A DNA stretch of 64,000 bases from Spirochaetia bacterium (GTDB taxonomy: Bacteria; Spirochaetota; Spirochaetia; DSM-16054; Sediminispirochaetaceae): the NCBI GenBank assembly GCA_034520965.1, contig JAXHMY010000001.1, positions 896,001-960,000 on the forward strand, written 5' to 3'. A model generated the notes under the pieces. It searched no databases. It worked only from the letters and a program-made list of their open reading frames with translations, and was not told the origin of the DNA. A program made the position numbers and the translations under genes. This document shows, one piece after another, positions 10,724 through 20,301 of this stretch. The number at the start of each line of letters is the position of its first letter. Positions within the stretch are counted from its first letter, which is position 1.

Positions 10724-11751
10724 TTACGGTTTAGGTATACCGAGTTCTTCCGGGCTCATGACCGTGTCGCCGGACTCATGCTTCAGCCATGCGTCGATTT
10801 GTACCATCGGGAATGACTTATCCACTGCCGTCTCGCCGTAGGCAGGGTCAAACACAACTGCATTGTTCGAGGCCCATTCGCGCAGTTTATCGGATTCCAT
10901 CACAACCTCTTCCCAGATAGTATCAAGGGTGTTAGTTACTTCGGCGGGTACTCCCTTCGGGACAAAAATACCGAAATAGATCGGTGCAGTCTTGAAGTCG
11001 GGTATCCACTCTTTAATGGACGGAACAGTCTCGTCATATCCGGCGATATCCAGGGGTGCATCGGCCAGTACTGCCAGGGGCGCAGCTTACCGGCTTTGAT
11101 CATGTCCACCTGTTCAACCGACAGCTGCGGTACAGCATCAGTTTCGCCACCGACTGTGGCTACCACCGCCGGGTTACCGCCATCATAGGTCACATGGTTG
11201 TAGTTGATTCCGGTATAGCTTTTAATCATCTCGATGGCTGTATGTCCTGCACTATTTACACCTGCAGTTGCAACCTTGATTCTCTTGTCGCTGTTCTTGA
11301 ATGCATCTAACAGCTCACCAAAATCCTCATACGGAGTATCGGGATTCACCGACACTACCGCCGGCATAGCAACATTCAGGTACAAATTCCAATCATCTAA
11401 GGTAGTATCCAAAAGACCCTGAAGTTTATACACTCCCAAATCTTTCACCGCACCGGCCGTCCAGGTATATCCGTCCCGCGGTGCATCGAGGGCACCCTTG
11501 GTTCCAACAGAACCGGAGGCACCGCCCTGGTTTACTACCACAATCTCGACTCCAAGTTCATCCGATACGATATCCGCCGTTACACGGGCCGAGCGGTCGG
11601 TGGACCCACCGGCTCCCCACGGAACGATGAGATTGATCGGTTTGTTAGGCTGCCATTCATAGCCGCCCTCTTCCGCCTCCTGTTGGCCACCGGCCCACAG
11701 AAATCCTGCCGCTACCAAAAGCAGCACCGTTACAGTAAGCAGTCTCTTCAT
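10724..11751 (-). CDS. tctC: TctC/Bug family substrate-binding protein (frameshift near 11080)
   Basis: 'PINLIVPWGAGGSTD', 'DGYT', 'HVTYDGGNPA'. The C-terminus continues in another frame to …LGIPKP* at 10724. Confidence 0.88.
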
Positions 11752-11781
11752 ATGCTTACCCTCCTTTTATAGAATTATATT

Positions 11782-12669
11782 TCAAGAGAGCGAGGCATAC
11801 CCCGCCTCTCTCAATAGCTCTTTTGTACGCACTGCGTACTTATGGAAAGTATTCCAGCGATACTCAGCATCAGCTGTTACTGTGGGGTCATGAAACACCA
11901 CCGCAACATGGGGCTCGATAGAAACGCCGCTGCTGTATCCGTCCTTACGCAGTTCTGCAAGCAGCTCCGGCACCTGCCCATCACCTTCGCCGGGAAAGGA
12001 GTACTGCACCTTTTCATTGAGAACCCGGCCATCCTTTATATGCACGTACCGGACCGCATCCTTCACTTGCCGGTAAAAATCGAGACTATCCTGGTAGGTA
12101 TAGGGCGGCTGTCCACGATAGTCGTAGGTAGCAAAGGGATTTCCCGTATCAAATACCAGTTGAAATGCCGGCGAATCGATCTGCTCAAGCAGGTAAAGGC
12201 TGTGCTCCGGGCTCTGCCCGCCCCAGGTCTCACAGTTCTCATGCACACAGGTCACCCCGCCGTCTTCGGCTCGCCGCACTATTTCTTTAAGCCGCCGCAC
12301 TATCTCCCGTTCCAAATCCGGGTCATCGCCAACCGGTCCATTCGGAGCCCGGTAGCTCATAATACGGAGCATCTCTACCCCCATCTGCTGCATTCGCGGT
12401 ATCGCCCGTTCTATCTCCTCAATATCCCACTCCAGGGGGTCGTTTATTCTGCGGCCCCAATTTGCGATTTCACTGCCAAAGCTCACCGCCTGAATTCCGG
12501 CGGAAGATAACTTTTCATATACATCCTCAAAACCGTGTTCTGGAAGCTTAGTGATATTTACCCCGTCTATCGCCCGCAAATCAATTTTGTTCCAGCCTAG
12601 ACTGCGGCACATCTCTATCTGCCCTTCGATAGATGGGGAAGCTTCATCTGTAAAACCGGTAATAAACAT
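11782..12669 (-). CDS. Sugar phosphate isomerase/epimerase (TIM barrel)
   Basis: 'GFTDEA', 'HENC', 'FDTGN', 'HIKD', 'SIEPH'. Confidence 0.88.
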   Translation of the reverse strand: MFITGFTDEASPSIEGQIEMCRSLGWNKIDLRAIDGVNITKLPEHGFEDVYEKLSSAGIQAVSFGSEIANWGRRINDPLEWDIEEIERAIPRMQQMGVEMLRIMSYRAPNGPVGDDPDLEREIVRRLKEIVRRAEDGGVTCVHENCETWGGQSPEHSLYLLEQIDSPAFQLVFDTGNPFATYDYRGQPPYTYQDSLDFYRQVKDAVRYVHIKDGRVLNEKVQYSFPGEGDGQVPELLAELRKDGYSSGVSIEPHVAVVFHDPTVTADAEYRWNTFHKYAVRTKELLREAGYASLS

Positions 12670-12680
12670 CTCCTCTCTCC

Positions 12681-14111
12681 TCACCCATAAATAGAATAGG
12701 CATCCTTGGCGTACGCCGGTTCAGGCAGGGCCCGGCCAATCTCATCAAGCCGGTACCCAAAACCGTGCCCACTGAGACTCACGGTCGAAACCATTCCGTT
12801 TCTCCGTCGGTATACCCCAGGATGCACCGCCGCTTCTGCGGCGGAGGCCTCCGGATAAAACTGGGAGGCATTTGCTTCAAAACCCATAAGGGTCGGTACA
12901 AAAGCCGCAAAAGAGGTATGGGACAAGGCCGCCAGCATAGGGTTTGTCAGGTCCTGCACCATTAGGGGCATGCCATAACTCTGTGCAAGGCTGGCCATTA
13001 AAATGGAGGCGGTGTAGGTTTTGCAGGTTTTAAGGGCAACCCCGCTCCAACCCAGTTTGCGGGCCGGCAGCAGCACCGACCAATGATCTGCCCCCTCATC
13101 CAACAGCAAAGGCTTTATCGCCGAAACGGCATGGACATCCATGCTCAATACTTCAATTTCCGCCGGAAAGGGCTGCTCGACAAACAGCAGCATTCCGAAT
13201 ATGCGCGGATATTCGCGCATAAGTTTTGTAAGCAGTGCAACCACATACCTCGGATCACTCACCGTACAGTTAAAATCTACCGAAAGCCATGTAAGCCCAT
13301 GCTGCAGGGCGATTTTTCCCACCTGTATCAACCGCTGTACATCCCACTCATAATCCTGTCCCAGCAGCTTTACCTTCAAACAGGTAATTCCATCCCGCTT
13401 AATCCACTCCTGCAGCAGCAGGGGGTAGCCGTCATCGGGTGCTGTTTCTTGTATCTCCTCGGGAAAAAGGAAGTCCTCTCCCCCTACCAAATGCCACACC
13501 GGCAGCCTCTCCAACGGCCTGGTGCGCAGAAAGTCGGAGGGATACAGATCTCGAAACCGATGGGGCGATTCAGTCCGACCCTCCAAATAATACGAAAGAT
13601 CATGCTTCAGAAAATCGCTTCCATAAATGGCATGAACCGGGCGCTCATTTACCCTCCCGAATGCATCGTGGAGGGCAATATCGAATGCCGAATAGGCCGC
13701 CAAAGCAGCGCTCCAGGGAAAAGGCCTGTCCACAGTGCTGTGAGCATTGATTTTTTGCACCAAGTCCGGAAGAAAGTCTCGAATTACCTGAAAACCAATA
13801 TCCAGCGCATGCCCTTCTAAATTGGAACTCAACAGATGGTCGGCACATGCGGTCACCGCCTGTTTCATAAATGCCACGCGTTCCTGGATGGAGCAGCAAG
13901 CAGGCCAAAGCCACTGCACACTCAGGGGCACCTCTCCCCAGCCGGTTTCAATCCGTCCCCGGCCATTCTCTACCACCGCTTTTACACGCACACACTCAAT
14001 ACCGGTCATAGATTCAAACCCAAAACGGAGCGGAATACGCGCCTTCACGGGTAAATAATAAAGGGAAAGCGAGACTATTTTGATATCCGTTAAACTCATA
14101 TACCCGTACAT
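12681..14111 (-). CDS. Enolase superfamily (mandelate racemase/muconate lactonising-like) protein
   Basis: KVK motif followed by 'VDFN', 'EQP', 'DE', 'ALKTCK'. Confidence 0.8.
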   Translation of the reverse strand: MYGYMSLTDIKIVSLSLYYLPVKARIPLRFGFESMTGIECVRVKAVVENGRGRIETGWGEVPLSVQWLWPACCSIQERVAFMKQAVTACADHLLSSNLEGHALDIGFQVIRDFLPDLVQKINAHSTVDRPFPWSAALAAYSAFDIALHDAFGRVNERPVHAIYGSDFLKHDLSYYLEGRTESPHRFRDLYPSDFLRTRPLERLPVWHLVGGEDFLFPEEIQETAPDDGYPLLLQEWIKRDGITCLKVKLLGQDYEWDVQRLIQVGKIALQHGLTWLSVDFNCTVSDPRYVVALLTKLMREYPRIFGMLLFVEQPFPAEIEVLSMDVHAVSAIKPLLLDEGADHWSVLLPARKLGWSGVALKTCKTYTASILMASLAQSYGMPLMVQDLTNPMLAALSHTSFAAFVPTLMGFEANASQFYPEASAAEAAVHPGVYRRRNGMVSTVSLSGHGFGYRLDEIGRALPEPAYAKDAYSIYG

Positions 14112-14121
14112 TATGTATCAA

Positions 14122-14278
14122 ATTGTAACCCCCACATTAGGGCTTTGTCAAAAATTTAATTAAGTTTTTCAAATTTTATGAAAATTTACTGAAATAAGTG
14201 CTAAATTAAGCACTATAAAGCTACTAAGAACCTGACTTTGATTATATTATTGACAAAGTACATTCTGAATGGTATTTT
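14122..14278. promoter_or_regulatory. Divergent sigma70-type promoters
   Basis: Minus strand: TTGACA(14151-14146)-18-TACAAT. Plus strand: TTGACA(14250)-17-TATTTT. Confidence 0.55.
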
Positions 14279-14324
14279 ATATTCAGATTTTTATGGTAGC
14301 ACTTTTAAAATTGCTGCATTCAAG

Positions 14325-15635
14325 GTGTACAAATTGCATAAGTCGGCGGGCCAACCAAAACTGCTCAAGGAAATCAATAACAATCATGTACTTAATCTAT
14401 TGGTGCAGAAACGGCAGATATCACGGGCACAGCTTGCAAAACTTACCGGTCTCAGTCGAGCTACAATCTCAATGTTGGTTGATGAGCTAATCGAAATAGG
14501 CCTTGTCACCGAAGCAGGCCAGGGCAACTCCAGTGGAGGGCGCCCGCCCATCATTCTGCAGTTCAATCCCAACACAGCATATGCCCTGGGCGCACACATG
14601 CAGGATAATGAATGGACAGTGGTTGCCACCAATTTGGACGGGACAATTATCCATTCGATAGGCTCACCTATTCCCCAAAACAGCCCGGAGCAGGCAGTGA
14701 ACACCCTGTCATCCCTGGTAGAGCAGATTACCTCACAAACCGCCGGCGCCCCCATTCTGCCGGCGATCGGAATAGGCAGTCCGGGCCTGGTCGACATCTC
14801 GAGCGGCACTATCCAAAGTGCTGTGGATATCGGCTGGTTCCAAGTACCTCTGGCGAAGCTCATTCAAGAAAAACTGGGTTTACCCGCCTATGTGGTAAAC
14901 CGCAGTAAAGGCGGTGCACTGGCTGAGATGTGGAGCGGCGGCGTCAACCGCAGTCAGGACCTCATCTATATTTCCATCGGCACCGGAGTTGCCGCGGGAA
15001 TTCTGCATCAGGGGCGGCTGTACCACGGCGCAAACTCCAGCGCGGGAGAGCTGGGACACGTAACCATCATACCCGACGGACCGGCCTGTCCCTGCGGGAA
15101 TCACGGCTGCCTGCAGCAGCTTATATCCGAACACGCCCTGGCTGCGCGAGCCAGGGAAAAGCTAAAATCCGGCCTGTCGAGCAGCTTATATGCACTTGCC
15201 GGCCATCACCCCGAACGACTTACCGCCTACGATGTAATTGATGCCGCCGAAGAGGGCGACACCCTTGCCTGCGAGGTAATCGATACCGCCGCCGAGTACC
15301 TGGCAATTGCGGTCGGAAACCTTATTAACCTCTTTAACCCGGAAAAGATAGTCATCGGCGGACCAGTGGGTAACCGCAGCCGCCGCTTGGCAACAAGCTT
15401 ACAGGAGAAAGTTTCCTACCGTGCTATGGCCTACCCCCTCTCAGCCGTACATATAAGCACCAGCACCCTGGGCGAACAGGCAGGCGCCATCGGCGCGGCA
15501 GTACTGGTACTGCAGAACGCCCACCAGCTTCTTTTCCAGCTCTCTCCTGCAACCGCTTCCACTTCTTCGCCCCCCAATGACTCTCCCTCAGCTGCTGCGC
15601 CTTCAGCTGCGCCCACTGCAGCAAAGCACACCTAA
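14325..15635 (+). CDS. ROK family transcriptional repressor
   Basis: N-terminal HTH 'ISRAQLAKLTGLSRATIS', 'GGRPP', 'AGELGH', 'CPCGNHGCL'. Start placed at the GTG at 14325. Confidence 0.92.
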   Translation: MYKLHKSAGQPKLLKEINNNHVLNLLVQKRQISRAQLAKLTGLSRATISMLVDELIEIGLVTEAGQGNSSGGRPPIILQFNPNTAYALGAHMQDNEWTVVATNLDGTIIHSIGSPIPQNSPEQAVNTLSSLVEQITSQTAGAPILPAIGIGSPGLVDISSGTIQSAVDIGWFQVPLAKLIQEKLGLPAYVVNRSKGGALAEMWSGGVNRSQDLIYISIGTGVAAGILHQGRLYHGANSSAGELGHVTIIPDGPACPCGNHGCLQQLISEHALAARAREKLKSGLSSSLYALAGHHPERLTAYDVIDAAEEGDTLACEVIDTAAEYLAIAVGNLINLFNPEKIVIGGPVGNRSRRLATSLQEKVSYRAMAYPLSAVHISTSTLGEQAGAIGAAVLVLQNAHQLLFQLSPATASTSSPPNDSPSAAAPSAAPTAAKHT

Positions 15636-15741
15636 AGCCTTCACCCTCCCCTCCCTGCAACGACAGCAATTCGAATTGCTGCTGCAACGAGCTTGACTCA
15701 CAGAGGGCATGTACTTACTCTTTAAGCTGAGGTTAATGCAC

Positions 15742-16641
15742 ATGGCAAATTTAGATTCCAACCAAAACTCCTTCATCGAGCGCATAGCCAAACAGCTGTC
15801 GACCAGAGAAGTACTGAGCAGTATCTATCACCACGGCTTTGATCAGGTACCAATGCCTTCGGTGGAAGTACTCACTGAAATCATAGAAGAACTGCGAGCC
15901 GTCCTTTTTCCCGGCTACTTCGGCGATTCGGGCATTAAGGACCGGCTGTTGCAGTACCACATAGGCGCAGTGCTTGATAACGTCTACCACCAGCTCTCGG
16001 AGCAGGTACGCCGGGGTTACTGCTTCGAATGCGGGCATCGAACCAGCGGTGCCTGCAGCGAGTGCCAAATTGAGGCCGAAAGCACCGTTCAGCAGCTAAT
16101 CGAACAGCTCCCGGCCATCCGCCACCTGCTGTCCACCGACGCACAGGCCGCCTACGAGGGCGACCCCGCCAGCCAGAGTGTGGGAGAGACCATCTTTGCC
16201 TACCCCAGCCTGCAGGCCCTGACAAACTACCGGATCGCCCATGTCCTCTACAGCCTGCAGGTCCCCCTGATTCCCCGCATCATTACCGAAATCGCCCACT
16301 CCAACACCGGCATCGACATCCACCCCGGAGCCCAAATAGGCGAGCGCTGTTTTATCGACCACGGCACGGGGGTTGTCATCGGAGAGACATCCGTACTCGG
16401 CAGAAACGTACGTTTATACCAGGGGGTCACCCTCGGGGCAAAAAGCTTTCCTCTGGACAAAAACGGCAAGCCGATTAAGGGAATCGACCGTCACCCGGTT
16501 CTTGAAGATAACGTAATAATCTACTCCGGAGCCACCCTCCTCGGGCGCATCCGCATCGGCAAAGGTGCGGTCATCGGCGGCAATGTGTGGCTTACCGAGG
16601 ACGTTGAAGCCGGCACTACCGTCCGGGCAAACTTTAGCTAA
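15742..16641 (+). CDS. cysE: Serine O-acetyltransferase
   Basis: 'GDPA', 'TGIDIHPGAQIG', 'IDHGTGVVIGET', 'RHP'. Confidence 0.92.
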   Translation: MANLDSNQNSFIERIAKQLSTREVLSSIYHHGFDQVPMPSVEVLTEIIEELRAVLFPGYFGDSGIKDRLLQYHIGAVLDNVYHQLSEQVRRGYCFECGHRTSGACSECQIEAESTVQQLIEQLPAIRHLLSTDAQAAYEGDPASQSVGETIFAYPSLQALTNYRIAHVLYSLQVPLIPRIITEIAHSNTGIDIHPGAQIGERCFIDHGTGVVIGETSVLGRNVRLYQGVTLGAKSFPLDKNGKPIKGIDRHPVLEDNVIIYSGATLLGRIRIGKGAVIGGNVWLTEDVEAGTTVRANFS

Positions 16642-16846
16642 ACCCGCCCCGAATAAATCACCCGAATAAATCAAATAGAAATCCTGCTTTCTATCCCGGT
16701 CGCTGTGGGTTATAATGGGCCTAATAAGCGCCACCGCGTGGATTGGCATCTTTTTTTAAGAATTTTTAAAAAAATGCAATTTTACAGATCCACCGGCGGT
16801 GGACAGAAAACACACTATGCGTGTAGTAACAACGAGGAGAGATGCG

Positions 16847-18130
16847 ATGTCGAATAACAACGGTCACAAATCAAAAATAAAGGAATCCTCCCTGCGCTCC
16901 CCCGACAGCGCTCCTGAAGGGCGAAAGAAGATCGAGTGGGTCGCCAAGCGGATGGACATCCTGAACGAAATCAAAGCCATTAACTCAGAGGTAAAACCCC
17001 TTAAAGGTCGCCGGGTGGCCATCTGCCTGCACCTGGAGGCTAAAACCGCCTACATGGCCACCGTCATCCGCGACCTGGGCGCCGAGGTCATCATCTCCGG
17101 CAGCAACCCCCTCTCCACCCAGGACGATGTAGCCGCCGGCCTTGCTTCGATGGGAATTGAGGTTCACAGCTGGCACCAGGCCACCCCCGAAGAATACTAC
17201 GGCTTTATCAACAAGCTCATTGATTTCGGACCCGACCTGATCATCGACGACGGAGGCGACCTGGTGGCCACCCTGCACTCCAGCCGCCGCGAGCAGCTTG
17301 AGCACATCATTGGCGGTGCAGAGGAAACCACCACCGGCATCCACCGCCTGCGGGCCATGGAAGCGGCAAAGGAGCTCAAGTTCCCGATGATCGCAGTAAA
17401 CGATGCCATGTGCAAATACCTCTTCGACAACCGCTACGGCACCGGCCAATCGGTCTGGGACAGCATCATGCGCACCACCAACCTGGTGGTCGCCGGTAAA
17501 ACCGCTGTGGTTATTGGCTACGGCTGGTGCGGGAAAGGCGTGGCTATGCGTGCCGACGGTTTAGGCGCGCGGGTGGTGGTCTGCGAGATCGACCCGATTA
17601 AGGCATCCGAGGCCTGGATGGACGGCTATGAAGTAATGCCCCTTGAACAAGCCGCAGCCAAGGGCGACTTCTTCATTACCGTCACCGGCTGTAACGATGT
17701 TATCCGTAAAGAGCACATCCGGCAGATGAAGGACGGGGCTATTCTCTGCAACGCCGGCCATTTCGATGTAGAGATAAGCAAACCCGACCTGGAGTCCCTG
17801 GCCTCCTTCGAGGATGAGGTGCGCAGAAACATCCGCAAATACGACCTCGGCGACGGCCGCTCGGTCTATCTGCTGGCAGAGGGGCGTCTGGTCAATCTGG
17901 CTGCCGGCGACGGTCACCCCGCCGAGATTATGGATATGACCTTCTCGCTGCAGGTTTCCTCCCTGCTGTACCTGATCGAAGCCGGCAAGCTGGAGGCGCA
18001 GGTGTACAGCGTCCCGGAAGAGATCGATAAGGGAGTAGCCGAGCTAAAACTGGCCTCGCTGGGCTTGGAGATAGATGAGCTGTCCAAGAAGCAGCGGGAG
18101 TACCTCAACTCCTGGAGCCTAGGCAGCTAG
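16847..18130 (+). CDS. ahcY: Adenosylhomocysteinase
   Basis: 'HLEAKTA', 'SNPLSTQD', 'EETTTG', 'FDNRYGTGQS', 'GYGWCGKG', 'GRLVNL', 'GHPAE'. Confidence 0.96.
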   Translation: MSNNNGHKSKIKESSLRSPDSAPEGRKKIEWVAKRMDILNEIKAINSEVKPLKGRRVAICLHLEAKTAYMATVIRDLGAEVIISGSNPLSTQDDVAAGLASMGIEVHSWHQATPEEYYGFINKLIDFGPDLIIDDGGDLVATLHSSRREQLEHIIGGAEETTTGIHRLRAMEAAKELKFPMIAVNDAMCKYLFDNRYGTGQSVWDSIMRTTNLVVAGKTAVVIGYGWCGKGVAMRADGLGARVVVCEIDPIKASEAWMDGYEVMPLEQAAAKGDFFITVTGCNDVIRKEHIRQMKDGAILCNAGHFDVEISKPDLESLASFEDEVRRNIRKYDLGDGRSVYLLAEGRLVNLAAGDGHPAEIMDMTFSLQVSSLLYLIEAGKLEAQVYSVPEEIDKGVAELKLASLGLEIDELSKKQREYLNSWSLGS

Positions 18131-18134
18131 GCGT

Positions 18135-18210
18135 AGCTTGGTGCTGCCAGAGGGCTAAGTTGAAGCTGCTAGCCGAAGCTTGGTGCTGCCAGAGGCCTAA
18201 GTTTAAGCTG
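18135..18210. repeat. Two 34-bp direct repeats, period 42
   Basis: AGCTTGGTGCTGCCAGAGGGCTAAGTTGAAGCTG (18135) and AGCTTGGTGCTGCCAGAGGCCTAAGTTTAAGCTG (18177). Confidence 0.8.
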
Positions 18211-18272
18211 AGTGGATACTTGGAGGTGCTAATGTTTTACAATACTGCTAAGTGTTATAGGGAAAAAGAATT

Positions 18273-18944
18273 ATGAGTAGAATACCACCACGCTTCGGAA
18301 AACTGGTCAGGGATGTGGGGGCGGGGCTGTTTATTGCCGCAGTAGCGGCAATTTTCATCCACCCCCTCACCTACAGCCACTACGGCCAACTATACCTTCG
18401 CTTTCCCGCCACACTCTCTTTTTTGAAATTTGCGGTTCTGGCAACATTTGGCGAGATGCTGGTAGCACGCATGAGAACCGGCAGCTATCTGCCCCCGCAG
18501 TTCGGGCTGCTGCCAAAAGCAATCGTATGGGGTATTTTGGGAGTCTTTATCTGGGTCGCCTTTGGAATCTTTTCCTACGGAGTTACCGGCACCTTTTTCG
18601 CCGGTAGTACCCCGGAAACCACCGGGATGCTCCTGTTAAACGCCTTTAGCATATCCTTTTTCATGAACATCATATTTGCCCCTATGATGATGATGACCCA
18701 CCACCTCACCGACACCTATATCGCCCAAAACGCCGGAAAGCTCCCGCTGCACGGATTTGCTTTACTGCCCCTGCTAAAGAGCATTAACTGGGAGAGAATG
18801 TGGGGATTCGTGTACAAAAAAACCATTCCCCTCTTCTGGATTCCGGCCCACACCGTCACTTTTCTGCTGCCGGAGGAGCTGCGGGTACTGTTTGCAGTGG
18901 CACTTTCGGTTGTATTGGGGCTCCTGCTTACAGTCAAAAAGTAG
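18273..18944 (+). CDS. Mpv17/PMP22-like membrane protein
   Basis: Multiple TM segments; 'FWIPAHTVTFLLPEELRVLF'. Confidence 0.7.
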   Translation: MSRIPPRFGKLVRDVGAGLFIAAVAAIFIHPLTYSHYGQLYLRFPATLSFLKFAVLATFGEMLVARMRTGSYLPPQFGLLPKAIVWGILGVFIWVAFGIFSYGVTGTFFAGSTPETTGMLLLNAFSISFFMNIIFAPMMMMTHHLTDTYIAQNAGKLPLHGFALLPLLKSINWERMWGFVYKKTIPLFWIPAHTVTFLLPEELRVLFAVALSVVLGLLLTVKK

Positions 18945-19025
18945 TAGCGGCACCCCGAGGAAGCGTACTCTGGAAGAAAAAGCAGAAGGATAGAGGGAGG
19001 GGTTTAGGACGGGGTTATTTTTTTA

Positions 19026-20301
19026 TTAATGGTTCAAACCATGGGGAATTGAAGCAGAGATGCGATTTACCTCCTCTATTAGAGTGTACCCACACTTTTT
19101 TTTAGAGGAGGCCTGCCAATGCTTATCCCCCCTTTTTGTCCCCATCCCGAATGTGATTATCACACAAAGCCACCTGCCCCCCGGCGTTGGTACCACATCT
19201 CCGGCAGCTACGAGACCCAGGCCCATGGGACGGTCACCCGCTTCAGATGCCTCGGCTGCGGCGGAGGGTTTAGCGAGCAAACCTTTCGCCTCGATTATTA
19301 TGTAAAGCGAAAGCTCGACTATCAGGTGGTTTTCGATCATATGACCAACTGCGGAGGAGTGCGTAAAACCGCCCGTATAATGGAGGTCAGCCACCAGGCG
19401 ATTATCAACCGCCTGGGCCGTCTCGCCCGACAGGCCATTGCACTACAGGCCGATATCCTCCAGGACTACGTTCCTTGTGAGGATCTGGTCACCGACGGGT
19501 TCGAGAGTTTTGTCAGCGATCAGTACCAGCCGAACAACATCCACATCCTGGCCGGCAAGAGATCACAGTTCTTTATCACCTTCGACTATGCCCATTTGCG
19601 GCGCAAGGGCAAAATGACCGAGCTCCAGAAGGCCGAACGTGACCGGCGGGAGAAGCACTATATCCGCAAAAGGATCTCCATCAGCCAGTCGTTTCTGCAG
19701 ATTGTCGATCTGGTCGAACAATATGCACAGAAGCGGCGGTTTACCTGTCTTTACAGTGATGAGAAGCTCGAATACCAAAGACTGGTCAGGGGTTCGGATG
19801 TGCTCCAGAGCCTAAAAAGCGAGGGGAGGTTCGAGCATGTGAGAATCTCCTCCCATTTAGCACGCACCGTGCTCAATCCACTTTTTTCTGCCAATTATTT
19901 GGACAGGCAATTTAGGAAAGATAATGCCAATCATGTGCGTGAGACGGTGCGCTTCTCCCAGAATGTCAATAACTGTCTTGAGCGCATGGCGGTCTACCAG
20001 CTGTATCAGAATTATTTCAAGCCCTTTCGCATTGACCAGCCTTTTTTACAGGACTTCTCCCATGCCGAGTGGGCCGGGGTGCCGCCGGCTAAAATTGCGA
20101 GGGGGCTGCGAGGCATCTTTACCATGCGCAAGTTCTACACGCATGTAAAGCTCAACTGGTCGCAGCTGATGGTGTGGGCTCGGATGACCGGAACCCTGGA
20201 TAAGTTCGACGGGATGTACTGGCCGAAATATATATGGATGTAATCCCCATACTCGCAGGGGGCGTGTGAAAAATCGCATCCCCCATGGTTTGAACCATTA
20301 A
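19026..20301 (+). mobile_element. Insertion sequence (~1.28 kb) with 21-bp perfect terminal inverted repeats
   Basis: TTAATGGTTCAAACCATGGGG (19026-19046) and CCCCATGGTTTGAACCATTAA (20281-20301) flank a single transposase-like ORF. Confidence 0.88.
19119..20243 (+). CDS. IS1-like transposase (Zn ribbon + HTH + acidic catalytic core)
   Basis: 'CPHPEC…RFRCLGC', HTH 'GVRKTARIMEVSHQAI', 'VTDGFES', 'YSDEK'; enclosed by inverted repeats. Confidence 0.8.
   Translation: MLIPPFCPHPECDYHTKPPAPRRWYHISGSYETQAHGTVTRFRCLGCGGGFSEQTFRLDYYVKRKLDYQVVFDHMTNCGGVRKTARIMEVSHQAIINRLGRLARQAIALQADILQDYVPCEDLVTDGFESFVSDQYQPNNIHILAGKRSQFFITFDYAHLRRKGKMTELQKAERDRREKHYIRKRISISQSFLQIVDLVEQYAQKRRFTCLYSDEKLEYQRLVRGSDVLQSLKSEGRFEHVRISSHLARTVLNPLFSANYLDRQFRKDNANHVRETVRFSQNVNNCLERMAVYQLYQNYFKPFRIDQPFLQDFSHAEWAGVPPAKIARGLRGIFTMRKFYTHVKLNWSQLMVWARMTGTLDKFDGMYWPKYIWM

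Noticed and set aside
16720..16846. Canonical SAH or SAM riboswitch before ahcY
   Set aside because: Consensus elements not recognisable; kept only as an unassigned structured leader
18135..18210. Possible mini-CRISPR array
   Set aside because: Only two repeats with an 8-bp spacer and no cas genes; a simple tandem duplication
19026..19394. 122-aa minus-strand ORF inside the IS
   Set aside because: Antisense to the transposase and runs into the inverted repeat; no motif
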